Source: a virus (taxonomy: Duplodnaviria > Caudoviricetes). Taken from it: DNA of 47,739 nt. Location: positions 1-47,739 of the IMG/VR virus record IMGVR_UViG_3300023171_000019. One strand, 5' to 3'. Of the stretch, positions 15,021-25,339 are shown piece by piece (the stretch's first letter is position 1; each line of letters begins with the position of its first letter). A program made the position numbers and the translations under genes. Under the pieces are notes generated by a model. The model was not told where the DNA came from and ran no database searches. It saw nothing but the letters and a program-made list of their open reading frames with translations.

Positions 15021-15691
15021 GCGATTACGAACTTATACTCGATGAGATTGTGACAAGGCTTAAAGGCGATTCAGATCGTCCGGCTTTCGACGCAGCTCAG
15101 GTAGAAGTGGTTAAATCGCCGGATACTACTGGAGACCACGAAAAGTTAAAGCCTCAGAACAAAAGCCGTATCCGGGTATCGTGGATGCAAGACAGATACG
15201 GAACGGAGGAGAACGACACAGCCAGAGACATAGGATCTGCCACAATGGACCGGATCATTTATTATCAGCTGTCTGTCGAATCAAAAAAGCGCTGGGGCCA
15301 GATGGGCGCGGTGCATATTTGCGAACTGGCTTTAAGGCTGCTTCAAGGACTTAAATCAGAGGATTACAGCGGCGAGCTTTACGGCTTCGCAGCAACTTTT
15401 GAAGATTATGCGAGCGATATTTGGTATTACCGCGTGATCATAAGATGGAAAGACTACCCGCTTAAACCTCTGGATAATTTCAGAACTTTAGGCGACGAGG
15501 ATTTAGGAGGCGTTATAACAGAAGTTAACTTTACGCCTTCACAAATAAATGTCCTCGATGGTAAGACACCAGGGTACTTACAATACCTGACAGACGAAGC
15601 GGGAAACAAGGTTGTGGTGCCGGAAGGCTATGTATTGATAAAGGCCGAAGATTACCGCCCAGGACACTATCAAGGACCCGCACCTATCTGA
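15017..15691 (+). CDS. Putative tail terminator/completion protein
   Basis: Synteny and the pattern DEIVTRLK...LALRLLQGLK...WYY. Confidence 0.55.
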   Translation: MSDYELILDEIVTRLKGDSDRPAFDAAQVEVVKSPDTTGDHEKLKPQNKSRIRVSWMQDRYGTEENDTARDIGSATMDRIIYYQLSVESKKRWGQMGAVHICELALRLLQGLKSEDYSGELYGFAATFEDYASDIWYYRVIIRWKDYPLKPLDNFRTLGDEDLGGVITEVNFTPSQINVLDGKTPGYLQYLTDEAGNKVVVPEGYVLIKAEDYRPGHYQGPAPI

Positions 15692-15749
15692 GATAGCCAA
15701 CAACAGAGAAGTGCGCTTAAAATCGATTTTCACTAAAATTAACTTGGTC

Positions 15750-15947
15750 ATGCCAAAGTATAAAGTCAACGCCTCGGACATAATCAGATTTGATTACAAG
15801 GGCAAAGAAAAAGCTCTTGAACCAGGGCACTCGTACGAACTCGACTTGGAGGGTAACGATTTCCTGCAAGGCTTGGAGGCAAACGGCGTGCTTGAAGTTA
15901 AGCAGGACGTAGCACCAGTAGAGGAAGTTAAACCAAAAAACAGGTAA
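15750..15947 (+). CDS. Small hypothetical protein before the sheath gene
   Basis: ATG 15750 with AT-rich leader, 65 aa. Confidence 0.55.
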   Translation: MPKYKVNASDIIRFDYKGKEKALEPGHSYELDLEGNDFLQGLEANGVLEVKQDVAPVEEVKPKNR

Positions 15948-15953
15948 ATAACA

Positions 15954-17363
15954 ATGGCAAATTTAGTTCACGGCGTAGCTGTAAAATTCTCAAACATTGG
16001 CCCGGCCAGTGTGCCCGAGATCCCATCTAATATCATCGCGCTCGTAGGTACTGCACCTAAGGGGCCTGTCAACACCCTTACGTACGTGAACAACAGCCGT
16101 GATGCTGCTGCTTTTGGTTTAAGCGTTCCAGGTTTCTCGATCCCTCAGGCTATCGAAGCTATTTTCAAAGAAGCAGGAGGCACACCCATAGTGGTTATCA
16201 ACGTACTCGATCCGGCTACGCATTTCACTGCGGTAACGGCGGAAGTCGTAGCGCTTACAGGCGGTAAAGGCAAAACAGCTTTTCCGTATCTGGGAAACCC
16301 CGTAGTAAAGGATTCAACAGGGGTTACGACACACGTAAAAGACACCGACTATAAAATCGATGCGTACGGAAACATTCAGTCGCTGAACTACACGACTATT
16401 CCGGCTACTGGTAACATTCAGGTTACTTACAGCAAGCCTAATTTCACAGCGATTACAGCTTCTGAGATTAACGGTACTGTAAACGGAACTACCGGCGCGC
16501 GCACAGGTTTCAAACTGCTTGAAAACTCATACAGCACTCTGGGCGTTGAGCCTAAGATCCTGATCGCTCCAGGCTACTCAGTGCTTGCCGCAGTCGTGAC
16601 AGAAATGCGCTTCTGGGAAGCTCGACTATTGGCACATGCAATTATCGACGCGCCAACAGGAACGACCGTAGCTGTGATGCGCACAGGCCGTACAGCTGCG
16701 AGTACGATTAACACGAACGTATCAGATAAGGATTTATCTATCACGTTTCCAGATGTTATCGTCGCTGATGCAGTACTCGGAAACGTTACACGCCCATACA
16801 GTCCGGTACTTGCCGGGGTTATGGCTCTGACCGATCGCGAACTTGGCTTCTGGGAATCGCCTTCGAACCGTACGATCAAAGGTATCGTCGGTCTGGCTGT
16901 GACAGTATCAGGTAGCGCTTTCAACGCGGACACAGACGCGAATGATCTGAGTGCTTTGGGTGTAGTTACGATCCTCAATGAAGGAACGAGAGGCTTTAAA
17001 ACTTGGGGTAACAGCTCTTCGGCCCGTCCGGCAGAGATCACGCCCGACCACTTCATCCCGGTTCGCCGTACAGCTTGTATGATCGCGAGATCTTTACAGC
17101 TTGGCGCCATGATTTTTGTAGACCGCAAAATCACGCTGGTTCAAATTGACAATATCCGTCAGTACGGAAACAGCTACGTGAACCAGATCATAGGTAAAGG
17201 CGGTCTTTTAGACGGCTCGGAAGTACTTTTTGACGAGGTAAATTCAAGCATCGTTAACGGACGTCTTGAATACCTGGTGCGTATTGCTCCTCCGACTCCC
17301 GGCGAGCTGATCACTTTTAACGTAGGGATTGATACGAATTTATACACTGTAACTTTATCTTAA
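15954..17363 (+). CDS. Contractile tail sheath protein (P2 FI-like)
   Basis: HGV N-terminus, IIALVGTAP, PKILIAPGYS, GFWESPSN, WGN, FIPVRRT, PPTPGELITF. Confidence 0.95.
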   Translation: MANLVHGVAVKFSNIGPASVPEIPSNIIALVGTAPKGPVNTLTYVNNSRDAAAFGLSVPGFSIPQAIEAIFKEAGGTPIVVINVLDPATHFTAVTAEVVALTGGKGKTAFPYLGNPVVKDSTGVTTHVKDTDYKIDAYGNIQSLNYTTIPATGNIQVTYSKPNFTAITASEINGTVNGTTGARTGFKLLENSYSTLGVEPKILIAPGYSVLAAVVTEMRFWEARLLAHAIIDAPTGTTVAVMRTGRTAASTINTNVSDKDLSITFPDVIVADAVLGNVTRPYSPVLAGVMALTDRELGFWESPSNRTIKGIVGLAVTVSGSAFNADTDANDLSALGVVTILNEGTRGFKTWGNSSSARPAEITPDHFIPVRRTACMIARSLQLGAMIFVDRKITLVQIDNIRQYGNSYVNQIIGKGGLLDGSEVLFDEVNSSIVNGRLEYLVRIAPPTPGELITFNVGIDTNLYTVTLS

Positions 17364-17364
17364 G

Positions 17365-17883
17365 ATGCCAGCACAAATCAGAATTTTAAAAGACGCTGCG
17401 CTGTATATCAATACAAACACATACGTAGGTCTGGTTGCAGAACTGGATCTACCTAACGTGGAACGCACAACAGCAGCACATGAGACCCTTGCTATGCAGG
17501 GCACGATCAACGTAGGCGTAGGTAAAGAAGCTATGGAAAGTCGTATCGGTTGGATGGGTAAGACCAAAGCGATGTCGAAGGTAGCCTATAACACACAAGA
17601 CGTTCAGGACTTTCAGGTTCGCGGGGTTATAGAGGATATCTCTGGACCTAAAAAGACTCTGGAAAACGTTGTCTGGTATTACAGAGGTGTGTTCCGCTCC
17701 TACGATCCGGGTAAATTCTCTGCTAAGTCCCTGGCGACTTCCGAGTCAATGGTCGATGTACATTATTTTCGTGAAGAGATTGACGGAGAGGTTATGTGCG
17801 AGCAGGATTTTGCAAACAACATCGATAAGGTGGGCGGCGTAGATCTGAACGCAGCACGTAACAAAATGCTCGGGTTCATTTAA
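17365..17883 (+). CDS. Tail tube protein (P2 FII-like)
   Basis: Follows the sheath gene; 172 aa ending IDKVGGVDLNAARNKMLG. Confidence 0.85.
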   Translation: MPAQIRILKDAALYINTNTYVGLVAELDLPNVERTTAAHETLAMQGTINVGVGKEAMESRIGWMGKTKAMSKVAYNTQDVQDFQVRGVIEDISGPKKTLENVVWYYRGVFRSYDPGKFSAKSLATSESMVDVHYFREEIDGEVMCEQDFANNIDKVGGVDLNAARNKMLGFI

Positions 17884-17921
17884 GAGAGTTTAATAATTTC
17901 TAACGATAGATAGTAGAGCAA

Positions 17922-18266
17922 ATGAAAACTGATCAAGAAAAACTAGCAGAGAGCGGCGGCGTTCCTGCGCAGGAAATGACTAAATTTTTAGATTCAATCG
18001 AATTCGAACTACCGGACTCAGGCGAGAAAGTAGTTATGTTGAAGCCTCGGGTTAAACACATCTTGGCAACTTCGGACGATAAAACAGTATCAGCGGACAG
18101 TAACGCAGAAATGTTCCTTGCGACGGTTTCACAGATCTGTACGTTCGACGGGAAACCCCGTAACTGGCACGACATGGGCGAAATGCCTGCGGCAGATTAC
18201 ATGTGCCTTAACGATAAATATCTTGAACTGACTGAGCCGGGAAAGAGAAAAGAGGCCGCGAAGTAG
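17922..18266 (+). CDS. Tail assembly chaperone (P2 gpE-like)
   Basis: Between tube and tape measure; KPRVKHI, MGEMPAADY. Confidence 0.8.
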   Translation: MKTDQEKLAESGGVPAQEMTKFLDSIEFELPDSGEKVVMLKPRVKHILATSDDKTVSADSNAEMFLATVSQICTFDGKPRNWHDMGEMPAADYMCLNDKYLELTEPGKRKEAAK

Positions 18267-18451
18267 AAGAGCTTGAAGAGCAAATGGCGTTTGTGGCCTA
18301 CAAAACCAGCGCGTCATTAGAGCAGCTTGAAGCTATGCCCCTAATCAAATTCAGATCGTGGTACGTAGCCTTGGTTGACGTTCACAATAAGCTTAACCCG
18401 ACGCAAGAAAATGGCAAGAAACCTACAAACGACCGTCACTATTCTCGGTAG
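18239..18451 (+). CDS. -1 programmed frameshift extension of the tail chaperone (gpE+E'/gpGT-like)
   Basis: In-phase slippery heptamer G GGA AAG at 18239-18245; -1 frame open to TAG 18449-18451 encoding EKRGREVEELEEQMAFVAYKTSASLEQLEAMPLIKFRSWYVAL... Confidence 0.85.
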   Translation, partial: GKEKRGREVEELEEQMAFVAYKTSASLEQLEAMPLIKFRSWYVALVDVHNKLNPTQENGKKPTNDRHYSR

Positions 18452-20420
18452 AGATCAGTTATCGCCAGTCGTTGCAACCGCTGCCTCAAGATCAATTTCA
18501 CAGCTTACACGCTTACAAAAACGAGCCTCTGCTATATCAGCAGGGGCTTTTGATGTGTCCCGTACCAGCGCAGGTATAGGGGCTGCATTCAGTGCGCCTT
18601 TGATACTAGCAGGCCGGGAAGCCGTCAAGTTCGAAGATAAAATGGTTGGCCTGGGTAAAGTAGCAAACATGGATGTAGGCACCTCAGGTCTAGCTAAACT
18701 CGGCGAGGACGCCAAAGACGCAGCTTACTATTTAGGCACTATGCCTTCTGACGTGGCCCTTTCCATGAAAGCGCTTAAACAGGCAGGAACCACTTTACCA
18801 GATCTTAAAGACGTTACGAAATTTACAGGTGAAGCGGGTGTGGCTTTCGACCTTACAGCTGCTCAGGCTGGCGAAGCTTTTGGATCTATCCGGGCTGCTA
18901 TGGGTATGACGGTTAAACAGACAAAAAGGACTTTCGATTCGATAAACGAACTTTCGAACAACATGGGCGCTACGCCCGAACGGTTGATATCGTTCTTTAC
19001 GGCAGGAGGCGCAGGAGCCGCAGGAGCCTTGAAAATGCCTGCTGCAATCGCTGCGGCCTACGGTGCTACTTTTATTCAAGCGGGTAAGTCGGGTGAAGAG
19101 GCCGCGACGATCTTTGAAAGGATGTCTAAAAACATATTCTCTAAAAAACCGCTCGCTAAGATCTACGATTCAGCCGGAGGAGGTAACGCCGGTTTACTGG
19201 CTATTTTGAACACGGGGGCTAAGCTGAAAAACGAAACGAGTATTCGAAAGTATTTCGCTCAGTTTGGTGAATTCGGTTTGGATGTACGCCGTCTGGCCGA
19301 GAACATGCAAGGACCTGGCGGTCTGGCCGGAGCTTTAAGACTTGTTTCAAGCGAGGAAAAATACGCAGGAGCTGTTCACAAAGAATTCACCAGCGTGCAG
19401 AAATCCACGATGTCCCAGATCCGCAAGGAGTGGGTAGGTTTTCAGATTGCTGTCGTTGATTTTGGGACTGCAGCGCTACCTACGATCAAAAGCCTGATTG
19501 TAGATATGAAAGGTATTTTAAACGTGGTAGGCCCTTGGATTAAACATAATCCTGAGCTTGCCGCAGGGCTGTTTAAAGCTGCTGGCGGCTTAGCTGCTTT
19601 TAGCTTTGGGGTGTCGGCTTTATCAGCTGTTATAGGTGCAGGATTTAAGGCTTACGCAGCTTACATAGCTGTGGCAGGCTGGTTTACGACAGGAGCGGGC
19701 GCAGCTGCAATCGCAGGCGTAGGATCAATGACAACCGCAGTAGCAGGACTGGCAACAGCCACGACTATTTTAGGGGCTCCTGTTTGGTTGGTTGCAGGCG
19801 CTATCGCAGTCGTCGGGTATGCGGCTTATAAAGCTTATGAGCATTTTGAGTGGTTTCATAAGATAGTAGTCTCGCTTACAACTGCGTTTCAGAGTTTGTC
19901 AGATCACGCAGCGCCTTTCATGTCTAAGCTTTTTAGCGGAGATTTTAAAGGTGCCTGGGGTGAGCTTAAAGCAGCCAACGCTCAGACCGTTTTAAATGTA
20001 GGCACGCACATGGAAGAGTTTCGTAAGAACAAGCCTGCTTACGGGCCTACCACTTTCGGAGCTTACAACACGGACACACCTGCTATGATCGCCAACAGAA
20101 GGGCTTATCAAACTCGAATGGCTGAGGCGAGAATGCGAAACAATAAAAACGTAGGTACGCCCGGGCTGCTTGACAGGATAGGTCTGGGAGCTTCTTCGAG
20201 TAGTGAAAAATGGAACAACGTACCGAAACCGAACGAAGTACCTACCGTTAAAGGAGGAAGCTCTGTGAGCGTATCAAACAATCCTATTTTTAATTTTAAC
20301 GGCCCGATAACAGCCGAAACTAAGCAGGAATTCATTAAATTGTCGAACGATTCGAACTACGACCTTTTGCGAATGCTGCAAGACGCTGAGAAAAATAAAA
20401 AACGAATAGCCCTGGAATGA
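18411..20420 (+). CDS. Tail tape measure protein
   Basis: Ala/Gly-rich helical protein with TP901-like core (AVKFEDKM..., GEAGVAFD, INELSNNM) and a hydrophobic segment; start likely ATG 18411. Confidence 0.92.
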   Translation: MARNLQTTVTILGRDQLSPVVATAASRSISQLTRLQKRASAISAGAFDVSRTSAGIGAAFSAPLILAGREAVKFEDKMVGLGKVANMDVGTSGLAKLGEDAKDAAYYLGTMPSDVALSMKALKQAGTTLPDLKDVTKFTGEAGVAFDLTAAQAGEAFGSIRAAMGMTVKQTKRTFDSINELSNNMGATPERLISFFTAGGAGAAGALKMPAAIAAAYGATFIQAGKSGEEAATIFERMSKNIFSKKPLAKIYDSAGGGNAGLLAILNTGAKLKNETSIRKYFAQFGEFGLDVRRLAENMQGPGGLAGALRLVSSEEKYAGAVHKEFTSVQKSTMSQIRKEWVGFQIAVVDFGTAALPTIKSLIVDMKGILNVVGPWIKHNPELAAGLFKAAGGLAAFSFGVSALSAVIGAGFKAYAAYIAVAGWFTTGAGAAAIAGVGSMTTAVAGLATATTILGAPVWLVAGAIAVVGYAAYKAYEHFEWFHKIVVSLTTAFQSLSDHAAPFMSKLFSGDFKGAWGELKAANAQTVLNVGTHMEEFRKNKPAYGPTTFGAYNTDTPAMIANRRAYQTRMAEARMRNNKNVGTPGLLDRIGLGASSSSEKWNNVPKPNEVPTVKGGSSVSVSNNPIFNFNGPITAETKQEFIKLSNDSNYDLLRMLQDAEKNKKRIALE

Positions 20421-21286
20421 TCTTTCAATTTGGTGAAATAAAGTTTGAAATTCTGAACGCTCCTACATCCATGCGGGTAGAGGAGCGTATGAATTTCGTG
20501 CAAGTTGACAGGATTAGTGGAAAACCTGTTATTCAGGAATTAGGCGTACCGTTGATACGCATTGAAATGTCGGTCGAGCTGAGGTATCAGTTTGTAGATG
20601 TACCAGGTACGATATCGGCGATCAGAGGAGCGATGTACGGCTCAGAGGAGCACGAGCTTATAAACGGTGCAGGGTTCAGCTACGGTGTTTTCAAGATCGA
20701 GAGCCTGACAAACGAGATCCTTAAAACAGATTCGAAAGGCCAGGTTACAAGTGCATCCTTACAGCTCAGTTTTATCGAATACGCTCCGTACGATCAGGAG
20801 TCTGACGATAAAATAAAGGCCAGACAAAAGGGATTCGCCAGCATATCAGCCAGTCCGATTGAGGTGAAAAAACGTGAGATATTCACAACGCCACAGGCAA
20901 AAGCAGCTTTGAACATATCCTTAGCAGCTTCAACGGTTAAAGAAAGTGCAGGCAACATCAAGAAAGCTGAGTCGATACCAGATTTGGCAAGTAAATACTT
21001 AACCGCAGCATCCCGGCAGCTGTCAAAAGCTACCGAATACGTAACTATCGCGAAAGCCGAGGCTAACAAGGTCACGACCGCAGTAGGTAATATAGAGCAA
21101 CTTAAATCGACGCTGGATAATACGATCAGCGCAATGGGCACCTTAACACCCCAGCTTGTGGGAGCGAATGCAGGCACGTTACCTGGCATAATCACAGGCC
21201 CTGTGGCAGGTCTTGAAGCTCAAATGCGCACGCTAACTTCAACAGCGACACTATTATCGGCAGTAACAGCAATCAGGCGTAAATAA
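20417..21286 (+). CDS. P2 gpU-like tail tube initiator with helical C-terminal extension
   Basis: FQFGEIKF, GKPVIQELG, YGVFKIESL, LSFIEY; follows the tape measure gene. Confidence 0.8.
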   Translation: MIFQFGEIKFEILNAPTSMRVEERMNFVQVDRISGKPVIQELGVPLIRIEMSVELRYQFVDVPGTISAIRGAMYGSEEHELINGAGFSYGVFKIESLTNEILKTDSKGQVTSASLQLSFIEYAPYDQESDDKIKARQKGFASISASPIEVKKREIFTTPQAKAALNISLAASTVKESAGNIKKAESIPDLASKYLTAASRQLSKATEYVTIAKAEANKVTTAVGNIEQLKSTLDNTISAMGTLTPQLVGANAGTLPGIITGPVAGLEAQMRTLTSTATLLSAVTAIRRK

Positions 21287-24282
21287 TGGAAGAGGAAATT
21301 ACATTTGTAGAGCACATCATAAAAGAAGGTGAACGTTTCGATACGATAGCTACCGACGCTTACGGCGATCCGGCATACATTCATTTTTTAATCAAGGATA
21401 ACCCGCACATACAATCTCAGGTACTTCTACCAGCAGGAGAGACACTGTACGTACGCATTGTAAAAGATCCGGCAACGGGGTCGGCTGTACCGCCTTGGTT
21501 TTCTGAGTTTGTAGAAGAGGAAATACCGGATAGCTCGAATCCCGATGCTACCATCCCTGTAAATGACACGCCCGATATAGTTCCGTTGGCTTTTGCCTTA
21601 GGTTTCCCTAAGATTTTTGAAAATAACAAAATTCAGTTTGCAGTAAACAAAAACATATCTACGACTTTTTCGGTTGAGAAAATATCAGGGGAGGTAGCAT
21701 ACCAATCGCCTTTGTATATTTTCAGCTCTGGTTTTGCGGTAACTACACCAGTACTTGCGGCAGGCAGCTATATCGTTAAGGTAGCAGGTTTGATCTCTGG
21801 AATACTCGTTATACCGCAGCAAATAACTTTAGCTTTCACAGCTCAACCATACTATTACAAGGACGGAGATGACGACACGATCAGGTACAGTGTCAACAAA
21901 ACGGGATCGTATCTCGTAAAAGTGATCAAAGCTTCTGATAACAGCGAAGTTTACAGCGCCACGCTTTCGCACATCGTAGGCGAGTTGAAAACTATAGCAG
22001 TACCAGGGACCGGCGATTATATTCTACAGGTAAGCACGCTAAGCGCAGCAGTTTCCGTATACCAGGCGTGCGCGAGAGGCCCTTTAATATACGGTAACGT
22101 CAACTCTGCGACAGACACAGAACTCGTGTTCGGATTTGATGCAGAAGGTGTGACAAGGTACGCGGCCTGGATAGCCGATTCAGAAGACGTCAAGCTGCGC
22201 GAGATAACGATGGTTGCACAGGGCTCAGGGACACCAGAAGACATAGCAGCGTCAATCCTTCCGAACCCTACGACTCAGTTTTTTACAGGTAATCTACACA
22301 CAGTGAGGTACGCGTCTCTGGCGAATGAAACAGGTTTGACTTTTAACATTCAGGGTTTGTCGTGCTCTTCGGGTGTAGATTCAAAGCCTATCACGATAGA
22401 AAGCACTACAGTCGCTTTTGCTGCGGGTTTCCCTAAGCTAATCGATAGCTCGATACACATTCAACTTAACAAGGCTGGTGTTTTCAATACATCCATATAT
22501 AACACTACCACAGCAACTTCTGTAGTCGATGCAGACCACACGTATGCAGTCGGCGTCTCTTACATCGTTCCTATCTCGACTGACGGGGAATATCTTATCG
22601 AAGTAGGGTCTCTAACAGCGGAACTTGAAAGAGACTCAGCAGAACCTACCGGCACGCTTCAAGTAGGCGGGTATTTCGCCAATGGCTCGTTTTATGTCCG
22701 CGCAGTAAGCGCAAGACCATACTCTTTAGAAGTCAGTGATTTCGACGGCACAGTTAAGTTTACGCTGCCAAACATCTATGCAGACGAGATGCTCGTGCCT
22801 GATAATATCAGAACAGCGCTCACTGCCGGGTTGCGTGCAAAAGTTATAGACGCTGACGGGAAGGTCGGATATAACAGGTGGTCTCTATTCAATTTACGTG
22901 ATCTTTCCAGGCACAATCTCGGCTACGCTGTAACTAACGGCGATCCGAACAACCACTTACAAAAGCAAGCTGACGGAGATTCGCTAGGTGCAACCTTTAC
23001 AGGGGCTATGTTTGAATTCAACAAGTTTAACACCGATGCCGATTTTGCATACTACGGATCGCTACCTCCTTTGGTTGTCGCTAACGCGCTACCTTCTACA
23101 CCTTTAAATGACTTTGATAGAACAGTAAAAGGGGCCACAACAAGAAGCACGGCTAAAATAACCAAAGCAGGTTTATGGTTCGCCAGAGTCAGGCAAAAGC
23201 TTAACAACGGAGGAGATAAAACTCAGTTTTTCGGGTTATCAGATTCGCAAATGCGCGTTGACGGCACCCCGGTAATCAGGAACACGGGCACAGACGATAA
23301 TCTACACACAACGCCGTCTCTTGCATCCGAAACAGTGCTTAGCTTTATGGAAAAAGGGGCGTACTATTTCTGCAAAAGAAACTTGTACGAGATTCTCGCC
23401 GGGCGCATGTGGTGCAATCTTGTGATAACGAAAAGCGGCGAAATGGAGCAGGAGTTTGACAATGTGGCAGGGTATAGCAGTACGTCAGAGCCAGTAGAGG
23501 GAACAAACCGTACGAGAGGTGATTTCAATACCCAGGTACGCGATAAGTTTAAAACCATGTTTCCTGAATACAGTTCCATATCAAACGAAACTTTTAATAT
23601 TACTGTTTTTAATGCTGCTCGCGATACTGCACTTTTCCGCAGGTGGCACTGGTTTAACGGAAAATTGATTCAGTGGGCCGAAAAGCGGGTGTTCGATTAC
23701 GTAGAGGCACAGATACCAGAGCTGGCAGGTGTCAGGTTCTGGGGTGTGGATGTAGGCAGTCCGTCAGATCAACTTTCAGAGTTCAGACACACACAGGACA
23801 TAGCAAGTCGTGTTAAGGACCCTCGCATCATATTCGTAAAAGACAATAATAGCTCAGACACGAACGACGACGAGATTAAATACTATATCGGCTACGGCTC
23901 GTCTAATGCACGCAATAATGGCCTTTTCTGGATATGGGAGCCTTCGCCGGGAGCTCCTTACACTTCACACATGAATGATCTGAGATACGGCATCCAATTA
24001 GCGAGGCAGGTAGGCGCATCTATATCCCTGTACGAGCAAGATAATGGTTTTAATGCGAACATGCTTTCACAAGCGGGGTACGTCGGCGGCTCCTTAATCG
24101 GCAATAAAGATGAATTCGTAGTAGTTAGCGGTAATAAGCAGGTTGTGCGTTTGAACGTTCCGCTTTCTACGATGCTTGCGGGGTTCCCGGCTTTTACCGG
24201 CAGGACGTTGTATACGAATGAACGTAACAGTCAAGGCAAGGCATGGATAGATTTTAACGTTGTGGACGATATCGCACCGTGA
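21286..24282 (+). CDS. Tail protein X (LysM-like) fused to a large beta-repeat and possible enzymatic region (998 aa)
   Basis: N-terminal HIIKEGERFDTIATDAYGDP...IKDNP...LPAGETLYV...VPPW is the gpX domain at the gpU-X-D position. Confidence 0.8.
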   Translation: MEEEITFVEHIIKEGERFDTIATDAYGDPAYIHFLIKDNPHIQSQVLLPAGETLYVRIVKDPATGSAVPPWFSEFVEEEIPDSSNPDATIPVNDTPDIVPLAFALGFPKIFENNKIQFAVNKNISTTFSVEKISGEVAYQSPLYIFSSGFAVTTPVLAAGSYIVKVAGLISGILVIPQQITLAFTAQPYYYKDGDDDTIRYSVNKTGSYLVKVIKASDNSEVYSATLSHIVGELKTIAVPGTGDYILQVSTLSAAVSVYQACARGPLIYGNVNSATDTELVFGFDAEGVTRYAAWIADSEDVKLREITMVAQGSGTPEDIAASILPNPTTQFFTGNLHTVRYASLANETGLTFNIQGLSCSSGVDSKPITIESTTVAFAAGFPKLIDSSIHIQLNKAGVFNTSIYNTTTATSVVDADHTYAVGVSYIVPISTDGEYLIEVGSLTAELERDSAEPTGTLQVGGYFANGSFYVRAVSARPYSLEVSDFDGTVKFTLPNIYADEMLVPDNIRTALTAGLRAKVIDADGKVGYNRWSLFNLRDLSRHNLGYAVTNGDPNNHLQKQADGDSLGATFTGAMFEFNKFNTDADFAYYGSLPPLVVANALPSTPLNDFDRTVKGATTRSTAKITKAGLWFARVRQKLNNGGDKTQFFGLSDSQMRVDGTPVIRNTGTDDNLHTTPSLASETVLSFMEKGAYYFCKRNLYEILAGRMWCNLVITKSGEMEQEFDNVAGYSSTSEPVEGTNRTRGDFNTQVRDKFKTMFPEYSSISNETFNITVFNAARDTALFRRWHWFNGKLIQWAEKRVFDYVEAQIPELAGVRFWGVDVGSPSDQLSEFRHTQDIASRVKDPRIIFVKDNNSSDTNDDEIKYYIGYGSSNARNNGLFWIWEPSPGAPYTSHMNDLRYGIQLARQVGASISLYEQDNGFNANMLSQAGYVGGSLIGNKDEFVVVSGNKQVVRLNVPLSTMLAGFPAFTGRTLYTNERNSQGKAWIDFNVVDDIAP

Positions 24283-25289
24283 AAAAGCAACCCGCTTACG
24301 AATTAATATGGAACGGTAAGGATTTGACAAAAGCGCTCGATCCTTACCTGACTAATCTTGTGTTTGCAGATCGCGAGCAGGGAGAGAGTGACGAGCTGGA
24401 ATTTACCTTAGACGACCGGGAAGGTCTGTGGCGTAACCAGTACTATCCTCGTAAAGGCGACCCTGTATCCCTTAAGTTAGGCTGGAAAGACGGCGTTTTC
24501 GATCCGTGCGGATCTTTCCAGATCGACGAGATAGAAACAGTCAGATCTACTCAGGGGCATTTTGTTACAATAAAAGCGCTGTCAGCTATTATCACAGAAC
24601 CGCTCAGGACCAAACGCAGGGCAAGGTACGAAAACATTACGCTGCTGCGCCTGGCAACTACGATAGCGTCTAAAGGAGGTATGACTGTTTCCGGTTATAT
24701 CGAAAACATAACGCTTAAAGGCATAGCGCAGCACAGAGAAACAGATCTAGGCTTTCTGCGCCGTGTGTCTACGATGTACGGCTATGTCTTTTCGATCAAA
24801 TCAAACAAGCTGGTGTTTACCAAATCAGACAGGCTTCAAGCCCGTGCATCGGTAGCCCGGATCTCGCCGGACAACTGCGACTCGATCAGGATCACAGACG
24901 CCACGGATCTGAGCGTTAAGTCAGTCAAGCACACATACTGGGACGCAGAGAAAAGGAAACGTGTGTCTTATGAATATCAGGGCAGCTCGGGATTTACAAA
25001 ACCTGATACGCTGCAAATCGAAGGGCACGTAAGCAACCAGCAGCAGTCAGAGCTTAAAGCGAAAGCTGCATGGCTGAAAGCGAATAACGGGACTGTATCG
25101 GGCACGATAGAATTTGGTTTTGGAGTATCGGGAATTCTGGCCGGAAACAACATTGAAATTATTCGAATGGGCGTAGTTTCAGGATTATACCACATAAGTT
25201 CGACAAGGCACTCGGTCGCCTTCGGCACCGGGGCACGTCTTACCGCCGACGTGTTTAAGGTCGGGTCCGTCCCGGCATCGCTCTACTAA
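24279..25289 (+). CDS. Baseplate hub / late control protein D (P2 gpD-like)
   Basis: ESDELEFTLDD, GSFQIDEIE, QHRETDLGFLRR. Confidence 0.9.
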   Translation: MKKQPAYELIWNGKDLTKALDPYLTNLVFADREQGESDELEFTLDDREGLWRNQYYPRKGDPVSLKLGWKDGVFDPCGSFQIDEIETVRSTQGHFVTIKALSAIITEPLRTKRRARYENITLLRLATTIASKGGMTVSGYIENITLKGIAQHRETDLGFLRRVSTMYGYVFSIKSNKLVFTKSDRLQARASVARISPDNCDSIRITDATDLSVKSVKHTYWDAEKRKRVSYEYQGSSGFTKPDTLQIEGHVSNQQQSELKAKAAWLKANNGTVSGTIEFGFGVSGILAGNNIEIIRMGVVSGLYHISSTRHSVAFGTGARLTADVFKVGSVPASLY

Positions 25290-25339
25290 ACGGAATCCTG
25301 TGGATATTTTATTTGCAGGATTTTTTATATCTTTGAGAC

